32,000 nucleotides of DNA from Kineococcus radiotolerans SRS30216 = ATCC BAA-149 (GTDB taxonomy: Bacteria; Actinomycetota; Actinomycetes; Actinomycetales; Kineococcaceae). Location of the stretch: contig NC_009664.2 in NCBI RefSeq assembly GCF_000017305.1, forward strand, positions 330,001-362,000. Direction: 5' to 3'. Both the position numbers and the translations under genes were made by a program. Below, one piece after another: positions 7,230 to 16,894 of this stretch. How positions within the stretch are numbered: the first letter of the stretch is position 1; the number at the start of each line of letters is the position of its first letter. The notes under the pieces are model-generated. The model searched no databases and was not told the DNA's origin. It worked only from the letters and a program-made list of their open reading frames with translations.

Positions 7230-8873
7230 TCAGCGCGCGCCGCGGAGGTCGTCGTGCACCACCACGCCGTCCACCACCGTCCGGCGGCACACCGGCTCCG
7301 GTGCCCCCGGGCCGAGGTCGGGCAGCCCCGGGGTGCCCGAGCGGGCGTCGGTGCTCCACCCCGACAGCCGCCGGTCGGGGGCCTGCACGACGAGGTCGGC
7401 CACGTCCCACACCGCGTACGTCGCCGGCGCGCCCGGGCGCAGCACGCCGGGGTGGCCCAGCCCGGCGAGGCGGTGGCCGCCGCGGGTGTGGGCCAGGAAC
7501 GCCGCCCGCACCGACACCGCGCGCTCCTCGTCGGGGGGGAAGCCCGCCGCCCGCACCGCGGCCCAGGGCGCGAACGGGGTCACCGGGGTGTCCGACCCCA
7601 GCGCCAGCGGGACCCCCGCCGCGGCGAGCGCCGCGAACGGGTGCGCGCCCCGCCGCCGCTGCGGGCCCAGCCGGCTCTCGTAGAGGCCCCCCGGTGCGCC
7701 CCAGTGCGCGTCGAAGGCCGGCTGGGTGCTGACCGAGGTGCCGAACCGGGCGAAGGCGGCCACCACGTCGGCGTCGGCGAGCACGGCGTGCTCCACCCGG
7801 TGCCCGGCCGAGGCCAGGGCGGGCACGCCCAGGTCGGCCGCCACGGCCTCCAGCGCCTCGACGACCACGGCCAGGGCGGCGTCGCCGATGGCGTGGAAGG
7901 CGGCCTGCACCCCGGCGCGGGTGCAGGCGTGCAGGTGCCCGGCGACGGCGGCCGCGTCCAGGTGCAGCGACCCGCGCTCGCCCGGGGCGTCGGCGTAGTC
8001 GGCCCGCAGCGCCGCGGTCCGCGACCCCAGCGCCCCGTCGACGACGAGGTCCCCGCCCAGGCCCGCGACCGCGGCCCCCCCGGCCGCGGCCCCCGCGAGG
8101 ACGGCGCGGGCCTGCTCGGGGTCCTCGACGCGCTCGGCGAGGTACCCCACGACGTCGGGCAGCGCCTCCGCTCGCGACAGCGCCTGCAGGGCGGCGAGGT
8201 CGCCGGGCGGGGCCAGCCAGCGACCGGACATCTCGTGCACGGTGCCGATCCCCGCGGCCGCCGCGGCCTCCAGGGCGGCCCGGCGGGCCGCCTGGGCGGC
8301 GGTGGGGCTCAGCGCGGCCCAGCGGGCGTCCAGGGCGGCGTGGTGGGCCGCGGTGCGCACCCGGCCGTCCTCGTCCCAGCCCGCCAGCCCCCGCAGCCCC
8401 GCCGCCTCGGCCAGCGCGGAGGTGACGAGCGCGCTGTGGCCGTCGACGCGGGAGAGGACGACGGGCGCGCCCCCCGCCGCGCGGTCGAGCTCGGCGCGGG
8501 TGGGGACCCCGTCCCCGGCCGGCCAGCGGGACTCGTCCCAGCCGAACCCGGCGAGCAGCTCCCCCGGCCGGGCCCGCGCCGCGACGGCGTCGAGCAGCTC
8601 GGTGCGGCTGCGGACGGCGGAGAGGTCGAGCCCGGTGCGCCGCAGACCGGTCTCGGTGAGGTGGACGTGGGCGTCGACGAAGGCGGGGGTGACGAGCCGG
8701 CCCTCGAGGTCGACGACCTCGTCGCCCTCGCGCGTCCACGCCGAGGCGGCCTCGTCGGGCCCCACCCAGGCCACCGTGGAGCCCTCCACGAGCATGGCGG
8801 TGGCGAAGGGATCGGCGGGTGAGTACACGGCCCCGCCGCGGTAGAGGCGTCGGGTGCCGGCGGGAGGTTCCAC
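7230..8873 (-). CDS. amidohydrolase family protein (metal-dependent hydrolase, YtcJ-like)
   Basis: 547 aa with a GTG start. The N-terminal region (GRLVTPAFVDAHVHL) carries the HxH metal-binding motif. Length and layout are typical of the Amidohydro_3 family. Confidence 0.8.
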   Translation of the reverse strand: MEPPAGTRRLYRGGAVYSPADPFATAMLVEGSTVAWVGPDEAASAWTREGDEVVDLEGRLVTPAFVDAHVHLTETGLRRTGLDLSAVRSRTELLDAVAARARPGELLAGFGWDESRWPAGDGVPTRAELDRAAGGAPVVLSRVDGHSALVTSALAEAAGLRGLAGWDEDGRVRTAAHHAALDARWAALSPTAAQAARRAALEAAAAAGIGTVHEMSGRWLAPPGDLAALQALSRAEALPDVVGYLAERVEDPEQARAVLAGAAAGGAAVAGLGGDLVVDGALGSRTAALRADYADAPGERGSLHLDAAAVAGHLHACTRAGVQAAFHAIGDAALAVVVEALEAVAADLGVPALASAGHRVEHAVLADADVVAAFARFGTSVSTQPAFDAHWGAPGGLYESRLGPQRRRGAHPFAALAAAGVPLALGSDTPVTPFAPWAAVRAAGFPPDEERAVSVRAAFLAHTRGGHRLAGLGHPGVLRPGAPATYAVWDVADLVVQAPDRRLSGWSTDARSGTPGLPDLGPGAPEPVCRRTVVDGVVVHDDLRGAR

Positions 8874-8918
8874 GCGGGGCAGCGTAGGAGCCGCCCCGCG
8901 CGGGCCCTCGGGCAGGGC

Positions 8919-9791
8919 TCAGGCGCCGGCGGTCGCCGGTTCCTGCGCCGCGGCGTCGGGCGAGACCGCCGCCCCCAGGCCGGGCAGCTCGCCGACCGTG
9001 GCCGGGTCCGGAGCGGTGACGTCGACGTCGCTGCCCCAGTCGTAGAAGTCCATCGAGACCTCCACCGTCGAGCCCTCGACGGTGAACTCCTGAGTCATGC
9101 GGACCGGGCGGTTCTCCTCGTCGACGAAGAGCGTGAACGGGATGGTGCCCAGCTCCGCCGCCGCGGCCCTCGCCTCCTCGGTCTGCTGCTCGGCCGGGGC
9201 CAGCGACAGGGCCTCGACCGCGTCGATGGTGCCGGCGTAGCCCTCGGCCTCAACCCCGCGGATGGTCTGGGGCTCGACCTCGCGCACGTCCTCGGCCACG
9301 CCCCGCAGCTGCTCGAGCTGGCGGGAGGGGTCCACCGCGGAGGTGTCGAGCCCGGTGGCGCCCAGCTGCTCCAGCGGCACCCGGGCCCAGCGGCCCTCGG
9401 CGGTCAGCGGCGCCCCGGAGAGGTACGCGACCTCGTCGGCCACGCGCACGGTGAGCTTCGAGCCGCCGGCCTCGGCGGGCAGCGCCACCGTCGCCTCGAA
9501 GGCGCCGGTCGCGGCGTCGAAGGCGCCGTCGGCGGTGACGCTGGCGGCGGCGGCCTCGCCCGTCCCGGTGGTGGTGAGCGAGAACCTCGCGCTCCCCTCC
9601 TCCTGGGACTGCTGCGAGGACGCCTGCACGACCTCGAAGGCGCTCAGCTCGGTCGCGGGCGAGGCGGAGGTGCTCGTGCCGGCGGCGGTGTCGTCCCCCC
9701 CGCCGCAGGCCCCCAGGCCCAGGGCGAGGACGGCGACCCCGCTGACGGCGAGCGCGCCGATCCGACGACGGCGCCGGGTGGTGGTGTTCAT
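8919..9791 (-). CDS. secreted lipoprotein of unknown function (possibly LolA/LppX-like fold)
   Basis: I place the start at the ATG at 9791, with a GGGGGA Shine-Dalgarno 6 nt upstream. The product begins MNTTTRRRRRIGALAVSGVAVLALGLGAC, which is a basic n-region plus lipobox LGAC, possibly a Tat/Sec lipoprotein signal. The upstream 54 codons of the tracked ORF look non-coding. The fold assignment is a guess. Confidence 0.65.
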   Translation of the reverse strand: MNTTTRRRRRIGALAVSGVAVLALGLGACGGGDDTAAGTSTSASPATELSAFEVVQASSQQSQEEGSARFSLTTTGTGEAAAASVTADGAFDAATGAFEATVALPAEAGGSKLTVRVADEVAYLSGAPLTAEGRWARVPLEQLGATGLDTSAVDPSRQLEQLRGVAEDVREVEPQTIRGVEAEGYAGTIDAVEALSLAPAEQQTEEARAAAAELGTIPFTLFVDEENRPVRMTQEFTVEGSTVEVSMDFYDWGSDVDVTAPDPATVGELPGLGAAVSPDAAAQEPATAGA

Positions 9792-9940
9792 GGAAGGTCC
9801 CCCCTGGTCGGGCTGTGTCGTGCGTGTGGATCCGTTGGCCACTGTCACAGCATGCGCTCCCGCGCGCCCGCGGGCGTCCCCCGTCCGGACCGAACCTGCA
9901 CACCATCCGTCGGACCTGCGCACCTGCGAGGATCCCCCTC

Positions 9941-10903
9941 GTGCCGCAGCCACCCGCCCCGACGCCCGGCCGCCTGATGCTGCTGGACTCGGCGTCGCTG
10001 TGCTTCCGCGCCTTCCACGGGGTCCCCGAGTCCCTCACCGCCCCCGACGGGACCCCCGTCAACGCCGTGCGCGGCTTCCTCGACGCGATCGCCCACCTGG
10101 TGGCGACCCACGCCCCGACCCGGCTGGTGGCCTGCTGGGACGACGACTGGCGCCCGGCCTTCCGGGTGGCGGCGCTGCCCTCCTACAAGGCGCACCGGGT
10201 CTCGCCCGACGGCGGGGAGGAGACCCCGGCCGCGCTGCCGGCGCAGGTCGACGTCGTCGTCGAGGTGCTCGCCGCCCTCGGCGTGGCCCGCGTCGGCGCC
10301 CCCGGCTACGAGGCCGACGACGTGATGGCCACGCTGACCGCGCGCGCGAGCACGGGCAGCGCCTCCCGCCCCGGGGTCCCCGTCGACGTCGTCACCGGCG
10401 ACCGGGACCTGTTCCAGCTCGTCGACGACGCCGCGGGGGTGCGGGACGTGTACTGCGGGAAGGGGGTGCGCCGGGCCGACCTCGTCGACCAGGCCTGGCT
10501 GGCCGCCCGGTACGGGGTCGCCTCCGGCGCGGCCTACGCCGACGTCGCGGTCCTGCGCGGCGACCCCTCCGACGGGCTGCCCGGGGTCGCGGGCATCGGG
10601 GAGAAGACCGCGGCCGCCCTGGTCGGCCGCTACGGCGACCTCGCCGGGGTGCTGGCCGCGGCGCAGGACCCCGCCTCGGACCTGCCCCCCGCGCAGCGCC
10701 GCAGGCTGCTCGGGGCCGGTGACTACCTCGCCGCCGCCCCCGTCGTGGTCGCCACCGTCCGCGACGTGCCGCTGCCCGAGGTCGACGACGCCCTGCCGCG
10801 CGAGCCCGCCGACCCCGCCGCCCTGGAGGAGCTGGTCCGGCGATGGGGGGTGGGGTCCAGCGTGCAGCGGGTGCTCACCGCCTTCACCGGCGCTCCCGCC
10901 TGA
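9941..10903 (+). CDS. 5'-3' exonuclease (FEN / Pol I N-terminal domain family; Rv2090-like)
   Basis: Motifs seen: LMLLDSASLCFRAFHG, VVTGDRDLFQLV, and H3TH LRGDPSDGLPGVAGIGEKTAAALV. The start is GTG at 9941 or ATG at 9977. The tracked start at 9815 would overlap the divergent lipoprotein promoter region. Confidence 0.85.
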   Translation: MPQPPAPTPGRLMLLDSASLCFRAFHGVPESLTAPDGTPVNAVRGFLDAIAHLVATHAPTRLVACWDDDWRPAFRVAALPSYKAHRVSPDGGEETPAALPAQVDVVVEVLAALGVARVGAPGYEADDVMATLTARASTGSASRPGVPVDVVTGDRDLFQLVDDAAGVRDVYCGKGVRRADLVDQAWLAARYGVASGAAYADVAVLRGDPSDGLPGVAGIGEKTAAALVGRYGDLAGVLAAAQDPASDLPPAQRRRLLGAGDYLAAAPVVVATVRDVPLPEVDDALPREPADPAALEELVRRWGVGSSVQRVLTAFTGAPA

Positions 10904-10945
10904 TCGCGTCCCGCGCCGCGCCGCGCCGCGGGCCGGGCGGGGGCT

Positions 10946-10967
10946 GTCCGCGCCCCGGTGCGCGGAC
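10946..10967 (+). terminator. hairpin downstream of the exonuclease gene
   Basis: gtccgcgc-cccggt-gcgcggac forms an 8-bp perfect GC-rich stem with a 6-nt loop. It lies 43 nt after the stop and 13 nt before the methyltransferase ATG. Confidence 0.35.
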
Positions 10968-10979
10968 GTACGGTCAGGC

Positions 10980-11741
10980 ATGGGCTTCGACGTCGTCGCC
11001 GCCGACTACGACTGGTTCATGGGCCGGTTCGCGGTGCCGCTGGCCGCCCGGATGGTCGAGCACCTGGACCCCGCGCCCGGCGAGCGCGCCCTCGACGTCG
11101 GCTGCGGGCCCGGGGCGCTGGCCGCCGCGCTGGTCCAGCGCCTGGGGGCGTCGGCCGTCGCCGCCGTGGACCCCTCGCCGCCGTTCGTGGCGGCCGCCGC
11201 GGCCCGCCTGCCCGGGGTGGACGTGCGGATCGCCGCGGCGGAGCTGCTGCCCCACGACGACCACGCCTTCGACCTGACCGCGGCGCAGCTGGCGGTGCAC
11301 TTCATGACCGACCCGGTGGTGGGGATCGCCGAGATGCGCCGGGTCACCCGCCCCGGGGGCCGGGTCGCGGCCACCGTGTGGGACTACGGCGGCTCCCGCA
11401 GCCCGCTGACGACGTTCTGGACCGCGGTGCACGACCTCGACCCCGCCGCCCGGGGCGAGACGGGCCGGGCGGGAACGGTGCGCGGCCAACTCGGTGAGCT
11501 GTTCCGCGCCGCGGGCCTGGTGCCGTCGGTCGAGGACGAGCTCGAGGTGCGGGTGCGCTACGACTCCTTCGCCGAGTGGTGGGAGTCCTACGCGCGCCGC
11601 GTCGGGCCGGCCGGGGACCACGTGGCCCGCCTGGGACCCAGCGCCCGGGAGGCGCTGCGCCGCCGCTGCGCGGACCTGCTGCCCCGCGACGGCGGGTTCG
11701 ACGTGGCCGCCACGGCGTGGCTGGTCGTGGCCGGGCGCTGA
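10980..11741 (+). CDS. class I SAM-dependent methyltransferase
   Basis: Starts at ATG 10980 (MGFDVVAADYDWFMGRF). SAM-binding motif I is LDVGCGPGAL, and the post-I/II regions (AVDPSP, FDLTAAQLAVHF, RPGGRVA) are present. The 5' extension in the tracked ORF overlaps the exonuclease gene. Confidence 0.85.
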   Translation: MGFDVVAADYDWFMGRFAVPLAARMVEHLDPAPGERALDVGCGPGALAAALVQRLGASAVAAVDPSPPFVAAAAARLPGVDVRIAAAELLPHDDHAFDLTAAQLAVHFMTDPVVGIAEMRRVTRPGGRVAATVWDYGGSRSPLTTFWTAVHDLDPAARGETGRAGTVRGQLGELFRAAGLVPSVEDELEVRVRYDSFAEWWESYARRVGPAGDHVARLGPSAREALRRRCADLLPRDGGFDVAATAWLVVAGR

Positions 11742-11775
11742 GCGCCCGCGACCGGCCCCGCCGGGGCGGGTGGGC

Positions 11776-14571
11776 TCAGGTGAGGGAGGTGTGGGCGACG
11801 ACGCCGCGGCGCACCGCGTCGACCCCGGCCCGGGCCGCGGACCGCACCCCCGGGTCGGTGGAGGCCGCCCCGACCTGGTCCAGCAGGTCCACCAGCTGCT
11901 TGCAGCGGCGCACGAAGTCACCCGCGGCGAGGTCGGCCTCGCGCAGCACCTCGTCGAGGCGGTGGCCGCTGGCCCAGCGGTGCACCGCCCACGCCAGCCC
12001 CGGGTCCGGTTCACGGGTGGCGGGCACCTTGTGGTGGTCCTCGCGGTCGGTGAGGTCGCTCCACAGCCGGTGCGTGGTGGCGATCGCCGCCTCGGCGCGC
12101 CGCGGGATGCGGTCCGGGCGCCCGCCCTCGTCGCGGCGGGACTCGTGCACGAGCGTGGAGACCGCCGCGGCGAGGTCGGCGGGGCTCAGCCCGCTCCACG
12201 CGCCGTGGCGCAGGCACTGCGCCACGAGCAGGTCGGTCTCGGCGTTGATGCGCCGCAGGGTCCGGCCCTCGTCGGTCACCGACAGCCCGTCGGCGCTGAG
12301 GTAGCCCAGCTCCGCCAGCAGGTCGCAGACCCGGTCGAAGGTGCGGGCGATGGTGCCGGTGCGGCCCTCGATCTTGCGCTGCAAGCCCTGGGTGTCGCGG
12401 CGCAGCTTCTCCTCGCGCACCGCCCAGCGGGCGTGCTCCTCGCGCTCGGAGCAGCCGTGGCAGGGGTGGGCGCGCAGGCGCTCGCGCAGCGCCTGCAGCT
12501 CCCGGTCCTCCGCCGCGGTGGAGGTCCGCCGCTGGCGGGGCACGTCGCCGCCGCCGACCTCGGCGAGCGCGTTGCGCAGCGAGGAGGCCAGGTCGCGGCG
12601 CTCCTGCGGGGAGCGCCAGTTGAAGTCCTTGGGGATCCGCACCCGCGTCACCGGCTCCACGGGGCCGGAGAACTCGTCGGTGTCGATCGTGCGCACCTGC
12701 CGGTCCTGGCTGAGGATGCGCGGGGAGGGCCCGTCGAAGCCCTTGCCGGGGACGAGGTCCAGGACCACGCCGAAGGTCGAGCGCCGCCCGCCCGGCAGCT
12801 TGACGACGTCACCGCGGGAGAGGTTGCCGACCGAGGCCCGCGCCTCGCTGCGCCGGGAGGCCGCCCCGGAGCGGGAGAGGTCCTTCTCCCGCTCGGTGAT
12901 GGCCTGGCGGATCGCGAAGTACTCCCCGAAGTCGCCCAGGTGGCAGGTCATCGCCTGCTGGTAGCCGCGCAGGGCCTCCTGCTGGTTCTTGATCTGCTGC
13001 GCCTGCCCGACGACGGCCCGGTCGGCCTGGAACTGCGCGAAGGACGTCTCCAGGATGTCGCGGGCGCGTTCGCGCCCGACCTGCTCGACGAGGTTGACGG
13101 CCATGTTGTAGGTGGGGCGGAAGCTGGAGCGCAGCGGGAAGGTGCGTCGCGACGCCAGCCCGGCGACGGCCTCGGGGTCGGTCTGCTGCGACCACAGCAC
13201 CACGGCGTGGCCCTCGACGTCGATGCCGCGGCGGCCGGCGCGGCCGGTGAGCTGGGTGTACTCCCCCGGTGTCACGTCGACGTGGGTCTGCCCGTTCCAC
13301 TTCACCAGCCGTTCCAGCACGACCGAGCGCGCGGGCATGTTGACGCCCAGGGCGAGGGTCTCGGTGGCGAACACGGCCTTGACCAGCCCGGCGGCGAAGA
13401 GGTGCTCGACGGTCTCCTTGAACACCGGCAGCAGCCCGGCGTGGTGGGCGGCGAGGCCCCGTTCGAGGCCCTCCAGCCACTCCCAGTAGCCCAGGACGGC
13501 GAGGTCGGAGCTGGGGATCTCCGCGCAGCGCTCCTCGGCGACCGCGCGGATCCGGCGGCCCTCCTCGGGCGTGGTCAGCCGCAGGCCCCAGGCCACGCAC
13601 TGCTCCACGGCCGCGTCGCAGCCGGCGCGGCTGAAGATGAACGTGATCGCCGGCAGCAGGCCCGCGGCGTCGAGGGTGTCCAGGATCTGCGCGCGCGAGG
13701 CCGGGCGCCCGATGCCGGGGGGGCGGGAGCCCCCCGGGCCCGGCCGCTGCTGCCCGCGGCGGCGGCCGCGGCCCCCCGGCCCGGCGAGGCGGTCGGTGCG
13801 CAGCTGCTGGCGCGACATCGCCACCAGCTCGGGGTTGACGATCGCGCCGGGCACCAGGGACCCCTCGTCGCCCTCCAGCGGGTCGCCGTCGGGGTCGGTG
13901 AACAGGTCGTACAGCCGCGTGCCCACGGCCAGGTGCTGCCACAGCGGCACCGGCCGGTGCTCGGAGACGACGACCTCGGTGTCGCCGCGGACGGTGTCCA
14001 GCCAGGCGCCGAACTCCTCCGCGTTGCTGACCGTCGCCGACAGCGACACCACGAGGACGTCGGCGGGCAGGTGGATGATGACCTCCTCCCACACCGCCCC
14101 GCGGGAGCGGTCGGCGAGGTAGTGCACCTCGTCCATGACGACGTAGCCCAGGCCGTCGAGCAGGGAGCTGCCCGCGTAGAGCATGTTGCGCAGGACCTCG
14201 GTGGTCATGACCACGACGGGGGCCTCGCCGTTGACGGAGTTGTCGCCGGTGAGCAGCCCGACCGCGCCGGGGCCGTGGCGCTCGACGAGCTCGGTGTACT
14301 TCTGGTTCGACAGCGCCTTGATGGGGGTCGTGTAGAAGGCCTTGCGCCCGGTCCGCAGGGCCAGGTGGGCCGCGAACTCCCCCACGACCGTCTTCCCGGC
14401 CCCGGTGGGGGCGGCGACGAGGACGCCGCGGCCGGCTTCGAGGGCCCGGCAGGCCTGCAGCTGGAAGCCGTCCAGCTCGAACCCGACCGTGTCGGCGAAC
14501 TGCGCCAGCTCGGTCTTGGAGTCCTCGGTGCGGCGGCGCGCTGCCGCGTAACGTTCCGCGGGGCTGGCCAT
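11776..14571 (-). CDS. helY: Ski2-like DEAD/DEAH-box RNA helicase HelY
   Basis: 931 aa. Motifs seen: Walker A AAPTGAGKT, DEVH box (VVMDEVHYL), SAT (LSATVSN), and a C-terminal Ski2/DSHCT-like region. It sits next to tatC as in mycobacteria (Rv2092c). Confidence 0.9.
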   Translation of the reverse strand: MASPAERYAAARRRTEDSKTELAQFADTVGFELDGFQLQACRALEAGRGVLVAAPTGAGKTVVGEFAAHLALRTGRKAFYTTPIKALSNQKYTELVERHGPGAVGLLTGDNSVNGEAPVVVMTTEVLRNMLYAGSSLLDGLGYVVMDEVHYLADRSRGAVWEEVIIHLPADVLVVSLSATVSNAEEFGAWLDTVRGDTEVVVSEHRPVPLWQHLAVGTRLYDLFTDPDGDPLEGDEGSLVPGAIVNPELVAMSRQQLRTDRLAGPGGRGRRRGQQRPGPGGSRPPGIGRPASRAQILDTLDAAGLLPAITFIFSRAGCDAAVEQCVAWGLRLTTPEEGRRIRAVAEERCAEIPSSDLAVLGYWEWLEGLERGLAAHHAGLLPVFKETVEHLFAAGLVKAVFATETLALGVNMPARSVVLERLVKWNGQTHVDVTPGEYTQLTGRAGRRGIDVEGHAVVLWSQQTDPEAVAGLASRRTFPLRSSFRPTYNMAVNLVEQVGRERARDILETSFAQFQADRAVVGQAQQIKNQQEALRGYQQAMTCHLGDFGEYFAIRQAITEREKDLSRSGAASRRSEARASVGNLSRGDVVKLPGGRRSTFGVVLDLVPGKGFDGPSPRILSQDRQVRTIDTDEFSGPVEPVTRVRIPKDFNWRSPQERRDLASSLRNALAEVGGGDVPRQRRTSTAAEDRELQALRERLRAHPCHGCSEREEHARWAVREEKLRRDTQGLQRKIEGRTGTIARTFDRVCDLLAELGYLSADGLSVTDEGRTLRRINAETDLLVAQCLRHGAWSGLSPADLAAAVSTLVHESRRDEGGRPDRIPRRAEAAIATTHRLWSDLTDREDHHKVPATREPDPGLAWAVHRWASGHRLDEVLREADLAAGDFVRRCKQLVDLLDQVGAASTDPGVRSAARAGVDAVRRGVVAHTSLT

Positions 14572-14585
14572 GGGGCGACAGTACG

Positions 14586-15497
14586 TCAGGCGAGGACGCG
14601 CAGCGCGCCCGGGACGACGTCGCAGGTGAGGGGCAGGTGCTCCAGCGGCTCGCCGTCGGCGTGGGGGTGGGGCTCGCGCCCGCCGGGCAGCGCCTCCAGG
14701 GTCACGCTGCGCGCCCGGTGGACGTGGACGGCGGCGACGTCGAGGTGCGCCCCGCGCCGGACCCGGGGCAGCAGGCGCAGCGCGGCCAGCCGCGGCATCG
14801 CGTCGACGACGACCACGTCGAGCAGGCCGTCGGTGGGGTCGGCGTGCGGGGCCATCCGCATCCCGCCCCCGTAGCAGGGGGTGTTGGCGACGGCCACGAG
14901 CAGGCAGTCGCGCTCCTGGACCTCCCCGTCGAGGGTGATGCGCATCCCCACCCCGCTCACCACCGCGAGCTCGCGCAGCGCGGCCAGGGTGTAGCGGGCC
15001 GGGCCGCGGGGCCAGCGCCAGGAGTTGGCGCGCTCGTTGACCAGGGCGTCGACGCCGGAGGCGAGGACGCTGCCGTACCAGCTGGACCGGGCGGCCCCGC
15101 GCACCCGGACGGCGTCGACGGCGCGGTGGCGCCCCTCGCGCAGGGCGCTGGAGACGAGGCCCGCGGCGCGGGCGGGGTCGCCCAGGGGCAGGCCCAGGCC
15201 GCGGGCCAGGTCGTTGCCGGTGCCGGCGGGGACGATGCCCAGGGCCGTGGGGGTCCCGGCGACGGCCCCCAGGGCGGCGTGCACCAGACCGTCGCCCCCC
15301 ACGACGACGAGGGCGTCCAGCTCCCCGGCGCGCTCGCGCGCGGCGCGGGAGGAGGCGGCGAGGTCGGACCCGGTGAGGTCGGTGACGCGGTGCCCGAGCC
15401 GCTGCAGCGTCGCGAGGACGTGCGCCCCCGCGACGCGACCGCCCCCGCGACCCGCCGTCGGGTTCACGAGGAGGCCGACCCGCCCCCAGGAGGTCAC
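14586..15497 (-). CDS. diacylglycerol kinase family lipid kinase
   Basis: 303 aa with a GTG start. DAGK catalytic-domain motifs are present (LLVNPTAGRG, VVVGGDGLVHAAL, VPAGTGNDLARGLG). Confidence 0.85.
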   Translation of the reverse strand: MTSWGRVGLLVNPTAGRGGGRVAGAHVLATLQRLGHRVTDLTGSDLAASSRAARERAGELDALVVVGGDGLVHAALGAVAGTPTALGIVPAGTGNDLARGLGLPLGDPARAAGLVSSALREGRHRAVDAVRVRGAARSSWYGSVLASGVDALVNERANSWRWPRGPARYTLAALRELAVVSGVGMRITLDGEVQERDCLLVAVANTPCYGGGMRMAPHADPTDGLLDVVVVDAMPRLAALRLLPRVRRGAHLDVAAVHVHRARSVTLEALPGGREPHPHADGEPLEHLPLTCDVVPGALRVLA

Positions 15498-15501
15498 GGG
15501 G

Positions 15502-16359
15502 TCAGATCGCGCTGGCTTCGTCGTCGCTGAGGTCGGTGTAGTCCGGCTCGTCGGAGTTCTTCGAGCGGCGCCGGTCGTTGAGGATGCAGATGACCGTGGC
15601 CAGCGCGAAGAGGACCAGCAGCGGGCAGGCCAGCAGCAGCATCGTGGTGATGTCGGACGTCGGCGTCACGAGGGCGGAGAACAGGAAGCTCAGGAAGACG
15701 CTGATGCGCCACTGCCGCAGGACCGCCCGGCCCGACAGCAGGTGGGCGAAGTTCAGCCCGACCAGCACGACCGGCATGAGGAAGCCCAGGCCGAAGGCCA
15801 GGATGATCCGCATGACGAACGACAGGTAGATGTCGGCCCCGATGAGGTTCGCCGCGTCGACGGGGGTGAAGTCGACGAGGAACCGCATCGCGTTGGGCAG
15901 CACCGCGTAGGCGATGGCCGCGCCGGCGAGGAAGAGCGGGACGGCGGCGAAGATGAACCCGACCGCGTAGCGCCGCTCCTTCCGCGTCAGGCCCGGGGTG
16001 ATGAAGGCCCAGAGCTGGTAGATCCAGAACGGGCTGGAGGCGATCACCCCGCACCAGATGGCCCCCTTCACCGCCAGGTCGAACGCCTGGCCGACCTGGG
16101 TGAAGTTGAGCTTGACGTCCTCGTACCCCGCCGAGGCGGCGTAGTCCAGCAGAGGCCGCTGCAGGTACTGGAAGACGCCGTCGAAGGCGCCCCAGCTGTA
16201 GTTCCAGCCCCGCCAGAGGAACCAGCCCGCCACGCTGCCGATGAGCAGGAAGACGGCCGCCTTGAAGACGCGGTCGCGCAGCTCCTTCAGGTGGGCCATG
16301 AGGGGCATGCGCCCCTCGGGGTCCTTCGGGGCGCGTCGGCGGACGGTGGTGACGGCCAT
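15502..16359 (-). CDS. tatC: twin-arginine translocase subunit TatC
   Basis: 285 aa with six TM segments. The N-terminal MPLMAHLKELRDRV and the overall pattern are typical of TatC. It lies 36 nt downstream of tatA. Confidence 0.95.
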   Translation of the reverse strand: MAVTTVRRRAPKDPEGRMPLMAHLKELRDRVFKAAVFLLIGSVAGWFLWRGWNYSWGAFDGVFQYLQRPLLDYAASAGYEDVKLNFTQVGQAFDLAVKGAIWCGVIASSPFWIYQLWAFITPGLTRKERRYAVGFIFAAVPLFLAGAAIAYAVLPNAMRFLVDFTPVDAANLIGADIYLSFVMRIILAFGLGFLMPVVLVGLNFAHLLSGRAVLRQWRISVFLSFLFSALVTPTSDITTMLLLACPLLVLFALATVICILNDRRRSKNSDEPDYTDLSDDEASAI

Positions 16360-16395
16360 GTCAGCGGTGCGGTCTCTGCCGGGGCTCGGGGCGGC

Positions 16396-16692
16396 TCAGG
16401 ACGCGCGGGTCTGGCGCTGCGCGGCGTCGGCCTCGGCCTGCTCGGCGGCGAGCTTGGCCTCCAGCGCGGTGGGCTCGGAGTCGTGGGCCGCGGCGGCCGC
16501 GCCGGCGGGGGTGGACGTCTTGACGTCCTCCTTGCCGTCGTTCTTCATCTCCTTGACCTCGGACTTGAAGATGCGCATCGAGCGGCCGAGACCCCGCGCG
16601 GCGTCGGGCAGCCGCTTGCTGCCGAACAGCGCGATGAGCAGCACGACGAGGATGACGAGCACCCAGGGGTGGTCGACGAGGTTGCGGAACAT
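16396..16692 (-). CDS. tatA: twin-arginine translocase subunit TatA
   Basis: Starts at ATG 16692 with a GGAGGA Shine-Dalgarno upstream. The product begins [48 protein letters not shown], which is one TM helix plus an amphipathic helix. The 43-codon 5' extension in the ORF track is not supported. Confidence 0.9.
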   Translation of the reverse strand: MFRNLVDHPWVLVILVVLLIALFGSKRLPDAARGLGRSMRIFKSEVKEMKNDGKEDVKTSTPAGAAAAAHDSEPTALEAKLAAEQAEADAAQRQTRAS

Positions 16693-16834
16693 CTGTCCTC
16701 CAGGGTTGGACGAAGCGCGGCCATCGTACGTCGATCGGGGCCGCCCGTGGGACAAGCATGCCCGTCGAGTCGCCCGTTCCGCCTCCGCGCGGCGGCGTCC
16801 GGGCGGACTCGGGGTGAACACCCGGGAAGCACGA

Positions 16835-16873
16835 GAGCCGCCCCGCGGACGCCGTGGCGTCCGGAGGCGGCTC
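16835..16873 (-). terminator. GC-rich hairpin after the zinc-ribbon ORF
   Basis: gagccgcc..ggacgcc-gt-ggcgtcc..ggcggctc forms 7-bp and 8-bp stems separated by a small internal loop. It begins 22 nt after the stop at 16895. Confidence 0.45.
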
Positions 16874-16894
16874 CCGTGGAGGGCCGGGTGCGGG

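Noticed and set aside
11494-14874. Very long ORFs antisense to or out of frame with real genes. Examples: 1126 aa opposite helY; 21051-24548 (+) 1165 aa; 15025-17187 (+); 2012-4072 (-); 341-1900 (-); 7108-8739 (-); 7209-8822 (+); 25795-27552 (+); 27254-29227 (+); and the 5' parts of 4624-6714, 17342-19294 and 28567-30705.
   Set aside because: These are the expected shadow ORFs of a genome with about 74% GC, where stop codons are rare in all frames. Their translations are Arg/Gly/Pro/Ala low-complexity strings with no motifs. The third-position G/C periodicity belongs to the overlapping annotated frame, which carries clear family signatures.
16693-16834. Possible tatA promoter, with a TACGAT -10 at 16728..16723 on the minus strand.
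   Set aside because: Only a -10-like hexamer is present, with no matching -35 at 16-19 nt. That is too weak to list as a feature.
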